This document shows, in pieces, positions 7,827 to 16,076 of a stretch of 21,194 nucleotides of DNA. The DNA lies in the NCBI GenBank assembly GCA_027491415.1, contig JAOZFH010000017.1, forward strand, positions 1 to 21,194, in the 5' to 3' direction. The notes under the pieces are model-generated. The model was not told the origin of the DNA. It saw only the letters and a program-made list of their open reading frames with translations, and did no database searches. Numbering within the stretch: position 1 is the stretch's first letter; every line of letters starts with the position of its first letter. Source of the stretch: Thermoproteota archaeon. Its GTDB lineage: Archaea > Korarchaeota > Korarchaeia > Korarchaeales > Korarchaeaceae. A program made the position numbers and the translations under genes.

Positions 7827-8267
7827 TCAAAGCTCCTCGAGGTTTAAGAAAGGAATCCCCAGCCTTGAGTATATCTCGTCCGCCGAGAGCAGGGGCGTCC
7901 TCCTCCTCTTCGCCGCCGCCGCGTGGATTGAGTCGAAGAAGCCGAGTTCCTCGTGCTCCTGCCTGAGCCGCTCGGCGATCACGAGGTCTTCGAGGCTGAC
8001 CTCTACGCACTCCCTCACTCCCGCGTCGGCGAGCTCGGCTAAGGCTAGCCCGGCGGCCTCTGCCACTGCCCCTGGCCCTAGCCCGTGCGAGTAGAGCACG
8101 ACCCTGAACTCCACCACGGCACTGGAGAGGAGGGAGAGATTTATCTCCCCGCTCCTGTGGAGCCTGAGCGCCTTGGATACCTTGTCGTGGACCCTGTCGC
8201 CCTCTCTCAGGCCGAACAGGAAGTCGGTCTCGACTAGGAACTTCCTCCCGCCTCCCTCATCAGCCAC
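7827..8267 (-). CDS. vapC: PIN-domain VapC-type toxin
   Basis: FLVETDFL N-terminal motif, SSAVVE, LGFFDSIHAAAA, PLLSAD; overlaps the upstream antitoxin gene. Confidence 0.88.
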   Translation of the reverse strand: MADEGGGRKFLVETDFLFGLREGDRVHDKVSKALRLHRSGEINLSLLSSAVVEFRVVLYSHGLGPGAVAEAAGLALAELADAGVRECVEVSLEDLVIAERLRQEHEELGFFDSIHAAAAKRRRTPLLSADEIYSRLGIPFLNLEEL

Positions 8268-8491
8268 CTCTCCGCCCTCCTTCTCGCGTCTCTGTTGAAC
8301 TCTATGCCCCTGAGGAGCTCTGAGAGCCTCTCCTCCGGGCGCTCAGGGAGCCGCCTTATTATCAGCTCGTCTCCCGCCGGAATCACGAGGAGCCTGTCGC
8401 CCTTCCTCACGGGAAAGGACCTCCTCACCTCGGCCCTGAGGGAGATCCTGTGGCGGTCGTCTACCACTACTACGGACACCTTTTCTCCCAC
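8234..8491 (-). CDS. AbrB/MazE/SpoVT-family antitoxin
   Basis: VVVDDRHRISLRAEVRRSFPVRKGDRLLVIPAGDELIIRR fits the AbrB fold; directly upstream of and overlapping vapC. Confidence 0.88.
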   Translation of the reverse strand: MGEKVSVVVVDDRHRISLRAEVRRSFPVRKGDRLLVIPAGDELIIRRLPERPEERLSELLRGIEFNRDARRRAERWLMREAGGSS

Positions 8492-8501
8492 GGAATTCGC
8501 G

Positions 8502-8537
8502 ATTCATCCCACAAATAAAACTAATTGTGGGTTGAAT
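8502..8537 (-). promoter_or_regulatory. Palindromic operator enclosing the TATA box of the abrB-vapC operon
   Basis: attca-t-cccacaa (8502-8514) / ttgtggg-t-tgaat (8525-8537): 12 of 13 bp complementary. The spacer reads TTAGTTTTAT on the - strand, ~25-30 nt above the GTG at 8491. Confidence 0.7.
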
Positions 8538-8859
8538 GAGGGCCCGTTCAGGCGTCGAGGACACGCTTACGCCGACTCTCAGGCGGAACCCCCGGATCCC
8601 ATCGAGGTGATGGGGGACTGTCGTTAGGCGCCTCTCGGTCGTGCCCGAGGTAGTCGGAGATCACGACACACCAGGCCCCACGACCACGATGCGGCGAACG
8701 GCGCTCGCGCGATGCTGGGCACGCCTCACTCGGGCGCGGCTCACCCATCCCGGGGCCCGCGTTTGGCCGACCTCCTCGGCGTCTGAAACGTGGTCCACGA
8801 TCCAGACTAGGCGCGTGAAGGTCATCCTCCCACCAACCTTCGTGGGAGCCTCTCCCCGA

Positions 8860-9015
8860 GTCTCCACTCTAGGATTGTGACGCTTATCGATTTCTCGATG
8901 ATCCTCTCGCCGAACGCCAGAACACGGACGCCGTAGAGGTCTATTACCTCCTCGACCGCGCCTCTCCTCGGCGCGGCTTGACTCTCCGAGATCTCACCGC
9001 CATCTCCCCGATACG
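8860..9015 (-). pseudogene. Possible degraded PIN (VapC) fragment
   Basis: YRGDGGEISESQAAPRRGAVEEVIDLYGVRVLAFGERIIEKSISV resembles the central helices of archaeal VapC (R.GEIS..EA...L..L..L..+.+..+.E.++E.A+.+). No catalytic N- or C-terminal motifs seen; boundaries approximate. Confidence 0.3.
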
Positions 9016-9520
9016 GTCTAAAACTCACTCGAGACGCTTCATCACCCGGGCGCAGCTTGACCGGTCCGGCGGCCTCAGCGCCTTCCCACCCAGGGGGTCG
9101 CAAACAACCTGAGAGCGTTCCTAAAGACGGAGAAGAGGAACCCGTCGACCCCCCTCAGCATCCTCCCCTGTTTTCTCGGGCCTGCCCGCGCCGTCAGTCC
9201 GTGGCCGAGCGATAGCCTGACCAGCTGAAAGCTCCTTCGAATGAGGGACTCGGCGTCGCCAGGAGCCATGACCTCTTCTACCGAATCCTGCGAAGTGGGG
9301 AGCGCGGAGGTACACCCAAGCTCCTCGCCGCTCTCTCCGCTCAGGGCCGTATCAGAACTTCCTTGATTGGCCGCCCATGACTGCCGGAGATCCTGAGTTC
9401 CCACGTCTTGAGTCCCCGTGGTGCCTCTGAGGGGGGGTCTGGATCTGAATCTGGATAGGACGTCACTCGCCGAGTGGGCCGGAAGACCGCGGTTCCGACT
9501 CCCCGCCCCCACGGGCTATC

Positions 9521-9558
9521 CTTTTTATTTACAGTTTCATCATTTTCTCCTGATATCA
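9521..9558 (+). promoter_or_regulatory. TATA box for a leaderless RHH gene plus 8-bp palindrome TGATATCA
   Basis: CTTTTTATTTA at 9521-9531; TGATATCA at 9551-9558 directly abuts ATG 9559. Confidence 0.55.
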
Positions 9559-9879
9559 ATGGGGACGATAACGGTCGTGCTGCCAGACGACCTGATAGAG
9601 AGGCTCAGAGCCCACCTGAGGCAGTCAGGCGCCAGGAAGGGGGACCTGTCTAGGTTCGTGGCTTCGGCCATTGAGAGGGCGCTGAGAGAGGCCCAAAAGG
9701 CCGAGCGGACCTTCGTGGCGGTGAAGAACGGGAGAGAAGTCGCCAGGGCCGGAAGCCTCGCAGAGCTGGCCGAGAGGCTCAGGGCCGTGGGGATCGACCC
9801 GGGGAGCGTCAGGGTCAGGATGGTTCCCCCACCCCCCAAGCTCGCCAGGGCGGGGGCGAGGGCCTTTGAGCGTCGCTGA
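9559..9879 (+). CDS. Ribbon-helix-helix (CopG-like) protein fused to a DUF5678-like C-terminal domain
   Basis: MGTITVVLPDDLIERLR...GDLSRFVASAIERAL is RHH-like; FVAVKNGREVARAGSLAELAERL fits the DUF5678-like pattern. Start moved from 9418 to ATG 9559. Confidence 0.75.
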   Translation: MGTITVVLPDDLIERLRAHLRQSGARKGDLSRFVASAIERALREAQKAERTFVAVKNGREVARAGSLAELAERLRAVGIDPGSVRVRMVPPPPKLARAGARAFERR

Positions 9880-10240
9880 GGGCGTGCCCACCCTGCCCGT
9901 GAGGCTCGCAAATCCTCTCCTCGGGGTTGTCTATCCAGAGGGCGGCTGGCTGGAGGCCCTAGTGGACACGGGATACGAGGGCTTCGTCTCGGTTCCGAGG
10001 AGCGTGTTCAAGGCCCTCAGGTTGCGGGTGGACGAGGAGCGACGCCTGGTGCTGGCCGACGGGCGGGTTGTCAAGTCGCTCGGGGGATACGGCTCCCTCG
10101 TCTCGGGCGACTACGGGGCGGACGGTCTGATCGAGACCTACGACGGGCTCGTGGAGGTCCTCGTGGGAGTGGACGCGCTCAGGCTCGCCAGGCTGGAGGT
10201 GGACTTCTGCCTCGGAGCGGTGAGGGTAAAGAGGTGCTGA
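9866..10240 (+). CDS. Clan AA (retropepsin-like) aspartic protease, AF_0612-like
   Basis: EALVDTGYEG catalytic motif, LADG, VLVGVDAL; single-domain size (124 aa); overlaps the RHH gene. Confidence 0.88.
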   Translation: MSVAEGVPTLPVRLANPLLGVVYPEGGWLEALVDTGYEGFVSVPRSVFKALRLRVDEERRLVLADGRVVKSLGGYGSLVSGDYGADGLIETYDGLVEVLVGVDALRLARLEVDFCLGAVRVKRC

Positions 10241-10386
10241 CGTGGGGTCGTGGCCTGATGACCTCCTCGCGCCCGCGCCCAAGAGGGCCGGAAGGCGGGA
10301 GCCTCCCGAGCCGGTACGAGACCCCGCCTTAGAGCACCCGGGGCATCCAGCCGTCCCACCTCACGGGGGTAAACGTTCGGAGCGTC

Positions 10387-11715
10387 GTGGCGCGCGGCGG
10401 AGGGGACAACGTTATGAGCCCCCCATGGAGGGGATCGGTGGTGGGCTGCGAACCGATCGCCATGGCGGCGGGAAGGCCCTGGTCCCCTCCGCCCGAGGAG
10501 CTTGCCTCCGCTCGAACGCTGGACTCGTGGGTCCCCATCGACGGGTTCGTGGGGGCCCTGATCTGGGTGGAGGGAGAGGTTTACCACACGGCATTCTCGT
10601 GCCAAGGGGAGGAGGCCGAGCTCACTCCCGGCTTCGCTTCCGGCATACTCGAGGGATCTCTTCGGGGCTACAGCTTTGAGGCCGTGAGAGAGTTCCCCAC
10701 GCACCTGTTCTTCGAGGAGGGGTTTGTTGATCCCTTCGGGCCCATCCACCTGCTCGCCCACCCCGCGGGCTCGGTAATGATCAGGGGCTTTCGCCGAGTC
10801 GACTGGGCTATGAGGGAGCTCGAGCTCGTTCGCGGGGTCGATCGGTTGGACTGGCTTCTCAAACCCGTCTCGCTGGCCTCGAGAGGGTCGGCGCCGGCCT
10901 TCGCCGTCTACGCGCTCCCGAGGGTGGAGTACCTCGGACGGGAGCTGGCGCTGGCCCTCGTCGGATCCTCGCCGCTTCACTCCGGTAGGCCTGCTGGGCT
11001 GGCGGCGGAACTCGGGAGAAGGGTGGCGGAACTCCAGGCGGCCGCCTACGGGTACAGGGCGGAGACGGGAGGCGCGACCCTGGCGGAGGAGAGGGTCAGG
11101 GAGTTGGCCGAGTCCATCATGAGGAGGTACGGCGAACTCGCCGCCCTGACCGCCAGGGCCTCGGATCCCCTCCTGGGTAGGCTTGCGGGACTCGCGGCCG
11201 GCCCCGCGAAGAATGCCGCGAGAGTTGTTGCAGCCATGGCCGGCTCTCCAGGCGGGGCCATAGGGTCCTTCGTCCCCACCCTGACCGCACAGACCTGGGA
11301 GGGACCCACTCCACTGAGTCTCCAGGGTGGAGAGTGGCCCTCCTCGCCCTGCGGGCCGGACGGTCACCCTCTGAGCGATCTAGGGGGTGTGTCAGCCGAC
11401 TTGAGGGTAGCCGCGTTTCTGGAGGCATCTCAGGAGCTCGGAGGATGGGCGAAGGCAGCCAGGTCCGCTCTGAGAGGCGAGCTCGGCGATCTGAGGGAGG
11501 CCGTCGACTCTGCCGTGGCCGAGATCGCGCGTGGATACGTGAAGGGTAGGGCAGAGGCCCCCGTTCCGTGGAGAGTCGAGTCTTGGGAAGACTTGAAACC
11601 GGCGATCGAGGCGTGGGAGGTTGCCAGGCTCGTGGACCTGGCCATCCGATCGCTCGAGACCGGGGATGAGGGGACCGCGGGGGCCGCCCTCGTCGCGGCC
11701 GCGGGAGGGGTGTGA
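10387..11715 (+). CDS. Maltokinase (Mak/Pep2)-like, aminoglycoside-phosphotransferase-fold protein with degenerate catalytic motifs
   Basis: VMIRGFRRV (cf. LKLFRR), LGRRVAELQAA (cf. LG...A.LH.AL), HPLSDLGGVSADL (cf. PLRDVAGMLRSF), RGYV, AWEVARLV (cf. AF.L.KAVYE). The true start may be ATG 10414 or 10462. Confidence 0.6.
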   Translation: MARGGGDNVMSPPWRGSVVGCEPIAMAAGRPWSPPPEELASARTLDSWVPIDGFVGALIWVEGEVYHTAFSCQGEEAELTPGFASGILEGSLRGYSFEAVREFPTHLFFEEGFVDPFGPIHLLAHPAGSVMIRGFRRVDWAMRELELVRGVDRLDWLLKPVSLASRGSAPAFAVYALPRVEYLGRELALALVGSSPLHSGRPAGLAAELGRRVAELQAAAYGYRAETGGATLAEERVRELAESIMRRYGELAALTARASDPLLGRLAGLAAGPAKNAARVVAAMAGSPGGAIGSFVPTLTAQTWEGPTPLSLQGGEWPSSPCGPDGHPLSDLGGVSADLRVAAFLEASQELGGWAKAARSALRGELGDLREAVDSAVAEIARGYVKGRAEAPVPWRVESWEDLKPAIEAWEVARLVDLAIRSLETGDEGTAGAALVAAAGGV

Positions 11716-11754
11716 GAGAGGCGGCCGGTGTCGGGGTCTCGAGAGCCCCCTGGC

Positions 11755-12243
11755 TCACTGCCCCCCGTAACGGGGTCTCCTCCGGGCGAAGAGCGCCGCG
11801 TAGACCGCGAGGGCGAGGAGGAGTATCGCCGCCGCGTACGCCGCGGCCCTCACGATGGACATGCCCCTCGCGACCCTAGCGGTGACGTTGACCTCGCACT
11901 CGCCGCCGGGGGTGACGAGGGTTGCCCTGATCTCGATCGCCCCGGCCTCCCTGGTTGGCTCGATGGGGATGCCCCTGACTACCTGCTGTCCCGGAACCAG
12001 GGTCGCCTCGAAGTACGCGGGCTGCAGGTCCCCCGTTACCGTCACGGATACCTCCACGGTGTCCGACCCGAGGTTGGTGAGCACGATCGCCGCCTCGTCT
12101 CCCGGCCTCACCAGCTGGAGGGAGGAGACCTCCATCCTCACGCCGCCGCACTCGGATACGGGCTCAGCCGCGGCGGGGACTGAGGAGAGCAGGACTGCGG
12201 CCGCCACGATCGAGGCCGCCACGACGCGCGCGGCTAGCGCCAC
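11755..12243 (-). CDS. Secreted/surface protein: signal peptide, Ig-like beta domain, C-terminal TM anchor with basic tail
   Basis: N-terminal hydrophobic signal ending VPAAA; beta-rich core (IVLTNLG, VEVSVTV, IEIRATL); C-terminal AAAYAAAILLLALAVYAALF-ARRRPR. RBS GAGGGGTG and TATA-like TTATA (~12277-12281) upstream. Confidence 0.75.
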   Translation of the reverse strand: MALAARVVAASIVAAAVLLSSVPAAAEPVSECGGVRMEVSSLQLVRPGDEAAIVLTNLGSDTVEVSVTVTGDLQPAYFEATLVPGQQVVRGIPIEPTREAGAIEIRATLVTPGGECEVNVTARVARGMSIVRAAAYAAAILLLALAVYAALFARRRPRYGGQ

Positions 12244-12450
12244 CGCTACACCCCTCTCGCGTCTCGGTCCCGAGGGTATAATTGTGAGGTACCCGAAGGG
12301 GTCTTAACCCTGGGGGCTCCCGGGGGCTGGCGGTCGCTTGACGGACAGATGGTGTTGCCGTCCGGCACCAGGGTCTCGGGGTCCGATCGCCGCGCCCCCC
12401 GTTTGGCCGCCCGCTGCTTTAATACCTCGACCGCCTAGGCGGTGTGAGGG

Positions 12451-13323
12451 GTGCCGAGATTTAGGGGTGTAACCTCCCGGGTTTTTATCGGGGCTGTCTT
12501 TCTCGCCGCGCTGGCCGCGGCGGCCGTCACCGGCTACGCGGGGCATGGGAAAGAGGGCCCCCTGGTGGCGGTAATGTTTGACGACGGGTGGCTGGACCAG
12601 TACCGGAACGCCCTCCCGATCCTGTTGGAGTACGACATACCCGCCACGTTCGCCGTCCAGGTTGAGGCGATGGGGCTGGATCGAGGGACCAGGGCGGCCC
12701 GAATGGACCCGAAAGAGCTCAGAGAACTCAGGGGCTTGGGGATGGAGTTCGCCTCCCACTCCATGACCCACCCAAACCTGACCCGTGCGGACTCCCTCAC
12801 ACTCATCAGGGAGCTGGAGGTCTCTAGGGACAGGCTCGGGCGAATGGGCCTAGAGCCCCTCATCTTCGTCTACCCGTATGGGGAGTGGAACGAGACCGTC
12901 GCCAAGTACGTGGAGGAGGCCGGGTACGCAGGCGCCAGGACGCTCGATCCCGTCTACGTGAACCTTAGCGATCTCAACGGGTCCCCCAGGTACTGGATGG
13001 GCGGCTGGTCCATAACCAACGAGACCGCCGAGGACGTAAGGTACATAATCGACTCGGCTGGGCAGGATCGGCTCGTGATCCTCGTGTACCACCACGTGAG
13101 CGACGACGGGCCGTCCGAGTCCACGACAAGGGTCGAGGCCTTCAGGTCCCACATGAGGCTCCTGAGAGAGGGGGGCTATCGGGTGATCCTCCTCTCGGAA
13201 GTTCTCCCGCAGAGCGAGGATTACTCTGCCGGCTGGCTTCCCCTGGCAGTCACGAGTGTCGCGGTCCTGACGGTCGGGGCCATCGCCGTCGACGCGTTTA
13301 GGAAGAAGGGGACGGTGGTCTGA
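12451..13323 (+). CDS. Polysaccharide deacetylase (CE4/NodB family), exported and C-terminally anchored
   Basis: MFDDG, PATF, SHSMTHPNL, FVYPYG, ILVYHHV motifs; N-terminal signal and C-terminal TM plus RKK; TTTAATA at 12418-12424 upstream. Confidence 0.9.
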   Translation: MPRFRGVTSRVFIGAVFLAALAAAAVTGYAGHGKEGPLVAVMFDDGWLDQYRNALPILLEYDIPATFAVQVEAMGLDRGTRAARMDPKELRELRGLGMEFASHSMTHPNLTRADSLTLIRELEVSRDRLGRMGLEPLIFVYPYGEWNETVAKYVEEAGYAGARTLDPVYVNLSDLNGSPRYWMGGWSITNETAEDVRYIIDSAGQDRLVILVYHHVSDDGPSESTTRVEAFRSHMRLLREGGYRVILLSEVLPQSEDYSAGWLPLAVTSVAVLTVGAIAVDAFRKKGTVV

Positions 13324-14114
13324 TGCCCGGGGAGCTGGCCGCAGGGCGATCTCCGGGGGAGACCGACTGGGGCGCGCTCTGGTCTCCCCTCGCCGTCGAC
13401 CGGTGGCCGGGCCGGAGAGCGGTGTTAAGGGCGTTGGGACGGAGAGATGGCGGGGGGGTGACGCTCCACCGGGTTCTCATGCCGTACTCCATCGCCAGGT
13501 ATCGCGTCGAGGCCAAGTCCGGCAGGGTGGCGGAGGGCCTCACGGCGATCAACGCCGCCCTCGATCCCTACCCAGAGGACCTGAGCCAGGCGCTCACCCT
13601 GTTCAGGCCCAAGCTGGTGAAGATGGAGCGAACGCCCGCCAAGAGCCGTGAGGCGCGCGTCATCAGCCCCTCCGGCCGCGACCATAGGCTGCTGATCGAG
13701 AAGGTGGCCTGGTGGCTCTCGGAGCTGAGCGACGAGATGGGGGAATTGGAGAGCAGGCTCAGGGCCGCGAGCAGGGAGGTCAAGAGGAGCATCCTGATAC
13801 CCGGGTCCCCGTCCCTGGCCAGGGCGGACAGGGAGCTGAGGGACTACCTAAGGAGCATGAGGGCCAAGAGGGAGGCCTTCAACCTCCTGTTCGGGCTCCC
13901 CTGGGGAGAGGAGGTCGAGAAAGTCGAGGTCGAGCCAGCTGACAGGGTGTACCAGAGGGTGTGGGTGGTCCTCCCCGCCGATGGCCCTCCTCTCGTGGTC
14001 GAGGCCGAGGGTAGGGGCAGGGCCAGGCTGGACGAGGGTCTGTGCAGGCTCCTGGCGTCCTCGGATGCCGCGTCAAGTCACGTCCTCTCGTCCATCAGGG
14101 GGGTTAGTAAGTAA
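13323..14114 (+). CDS. Hypothetical protein
   Basis: 263-aa ORF with host-like codon usage, coupled to the deacetylase (TGATG overlap); central coiled-coil-like stretch; no recognised family. Confidence 0.7.
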   Translation: MPGELAAGRSPGETDWGALWSPLAVDRWPGRRAVLRALGRRDGGGVTLHRVLMPYSIARYRVEAKSGRVAEGLTAINAALDPYPEDLSQALTLFRPKLVKMERTPAKSREARVISPSGRDHRLLIEKVAWWLSELSDEMGELESRLRAASREVKRSILIPGSPSLARADRELRDYLRSMRAKREAFNLLFGLPWGEEVEKVEVEPADRVYQRVWVVLPADGPPLVVEAEGRGRARLDEGLCRLLASSDAASSHVLSSIRGVSK

Positions 14115-14131
14115 AGTATGGAGATTATTGA

Positions 14132-14167
14132 TTATATAGATGAGCTCTGTGGGCCCGGTGAGGAGGT
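14132..14167 (+). promoter_or_regulatory. TATA box and RBS of the MFS gene
   Basis: TTATATA at 14132-14138 within an AT-rich patch; GGTGAGGAGGT before ATG 14168. Confidence 0.65.
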
Positions 14168-15997
14168 ATGGGGGAGGCCCTGGGCCGGAGGAGACTCGTG
14201 GTGGCGATCCTCTCCGCGGCCATGCCCATAGGTGCGGCCACGGGGGTACAGAGGTCGGTCATGACCCTCTACACCGCCAGCCTCGTCGGGGCCGCCTCGT
14301 ACCTCCTGACGTACATGCCAATCCTCAGCTTCGGGCTCTTGAAGGGGACCGTTGATCTCGTCGGCGGCTGGTTCTCAGATCGGTTCGGACGCAGGCTCGC
14401 CCTCACCTTGGGCTCGGCAGTCTACCTCGCCGGCGCGGCGATGATCTACCTCTGGGGAACCCTGGAGGCGCTCGTCGCGGGCAATCTGCTGGTGGGGACC
14501 GGGGAGGGGCTAACCCTCTCGGCCGCGATGATAGCCCTCTCGGACGTCGGGGGGTCCAGGCAGGCCTTCGGGTTCGGGCTGATGGAGAGCTCCGTCTACG
14601 GGGGGTACGGCGTTGGCTCCGTCATAGCCGGGTACGTGGCCGGCATTAGGGGGTACAGGGACGCGTTCGTCGTGTCCGTCGCGTCCGCATCCCTGGCCTT
14701 CCTCATCGCCGTCTCGGCTGTGAGGGAGACGCGGGGCATGGCGAGAGAGGTCCCGGGGAGGTCCATCGGGAAGGACATGTCCTCGAGGGAGATCTACAGG
14801 AGGTGCCTGCAGAGCTGGACCCTCAGAGTGGTCTACTTCCTTGGGCACCTGGCGAACTTCTCGGACACCCTCATCTGGGGGGCATTCCCGCTCTACCTGG
14901 TGAGCCGGGGCCTCCCTGAGCACGCGGTCGGCTGGGTCCAGGGGGCCGCGACGCTCACCTGGGCGGCCTCGATGCCCTTCACGGGTAGGATATCCGACAG
15001 GCTGGGCCGAAAGCTCCCCTCCGCCGTGGGCCTCGCCCTGAAGGCCGTCGGGATACTCGGGGTCTACCTCAGCCGAGGGTTCGAGGAGTCCCTGACCTCC
15101 GCGGCCGTGATCGGGCTGGGCGTCGGGCTGTACTACCCGATAATGCCCGCAATATCCACGGACGTGGTGCCGTCGGCCGTGAGGGGCAGGGCGCTGGGGC
15201 TGTACAGGGCGATCAGGGACTTCGGGTACCTGACCGGCGCTCTCGCCCTAGGCCTGGTGAGCGCCTTCGGGCAGGTATACGCCTTCGCGCTCACCGCGGC
15301 CCTGCTGGCGGTGGGCATAGTGGCCTTCGCCGTGGGGATCAAGGAGACGAGGCCCTTCTGGCCAGCCTACCCGGAGACGGTCGAGCACTCCAAGAAGGTC
15401 TTGGAGATGGTCCGCCTGCTGGGGCAGGCCGTAGCCGCCCACGGAGAGGGCGACCTCGAAAGGGTCCGGAGCCTAGCCGGCAGGATCAAGGAACTCGAGG
15501 ACGAGGCGGACGCGCTGAGGGTGGCGATAGACCGGACCCTGTGGCTCAGCGCCCTCAGCGGGCAGGACAAGGCCGACTTCGCCAGGCTGACCAACCGGGT
15601 TGAGAAGGTCGCCGCATACGTCCTCGGCTCCTCGCGAAGGCTCCTCCTCGTGGAGCCGGAGGAGGTGTCGGGGGAGCTGGCCGCCACCCTAGTTCAGTTC
15701 TCCAGGGGACTGGAGAGAGAGGTGGAGATGCTCACCAGGGCCATAGAGGTGCTGGGGCTGGAGATCGAAGCCGCGCTGCCCCTGATCGACGAGGTCGGAG
15801 ATCTGGAGAGCGAGCTGGACTCGCTCCACCAGAGGGCCCTGCACGAGCTCGAGGACATCGCCAGGGGCGTCGACGTTCTGACTCTCTTGAACCTCCGCGA
15901 GCTCGTCCAGTTCCTCGAGTACGCGGCGGACGCGGCCGAGGACGCCGCGGACGTGCTCAGGGTGATCGTGTTCAAGCACAGCGCGTGGGCTATCTGA
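14168..15997 (+). CDS. MFS transporter fused to a C-terminal DUF47/PhoU-like domain
   Basis: Two MFS motif A copies (GGWFSDRFGRR, GRISDRLGRK) and ~12 TM segments in the first ~395 aa, then IKELEDEADALR...DKADFARL...LESELDSL...LEYAADAAEDAADVL, typical of DUF47. One continuous frame. Confidence 0.88.
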   Translation: MGEALGRRRLVVAILSAAMPIGAATGVQRSVMTLYTASLVGAASYLLTYMPILSFGLLKGTVDLVGGWFSDRFGRRLALTLGSAVYLAGAAMIYLWGTLEALVAGNLLVGTGEGLTLSAAMIALSDVGGSRQAFGFGLMESSVYGGYGVGSVIAGYVAGIRGYRDAFVVSVASASLAFLIAVSAVRETRGMAREVPGRSIGKDMSSREIYRRCLQSWTLRVVYFLGHLANFSDTLIWGAFPLYLVSRGLPEHAVGWVQGAATLTWAASMPFTGRISDRLGRKLPSAVGLALKAVGILGVYLSRGFEESLTSAAVIGLGVGLYYPIMPAISTDVVPSAVRGRALGLYRAIRDFGYLTGALALGLVSAFGQVYAFALTAALLAVGIVAFAVGIKETRPFWPAYPETVEHSKKVLEMVRLLGQAVAAHGEGDLERVRSLAGRIKELEDEADALRVAIDRTLWLSALSGQDKADFARLTNRVEKVAAYVLGSSRRLLLVEPEEVSGELAATLVQFSRGLEREVEMLTRAIEVLGLEIEAALPLIDEVGDLESELDSLHQRALHELEDIARGVDVLTLLNLRELVQFLEYAADAAEDAADVLRVIVFKHSAWAI

Positions 15998-16076
15998 TCC
16001 TAGAGTCCAGACCGCCGCTCGGAGGAGCCCAAGCCCCCGGAGGGTGTTTTTAGCCTTCATCGACGCCGCCTCAGCG

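Noticed and set aside
7443-7847. 134-aa + strand ORF after rbcL
   Set aside because: No recognisable motif; it runs across the inverted-repeat element and into vapC on the opposite strand.
8237-8248. GAGGAAGTTCC on the - strand, like RNase P CR-I
   Set aside because: Lies inside the vapC/abrB coding overlap with no other conserved regions.
8990-9047. GTGATGA on the - strand as a C/D sRNA
   Set aside because: No canonical D box at the expected distance.
9476-9512. ggttccgactcccc as a tRNA T-arm
   Set aside because: Non-canonical T-loop; no cloverleaf could be built.
10255-10300. CTGATGA as hammerhead core or C/D box C
   Set aside because: No GAAA after a stem II and no suitably spaced CTGA D box.
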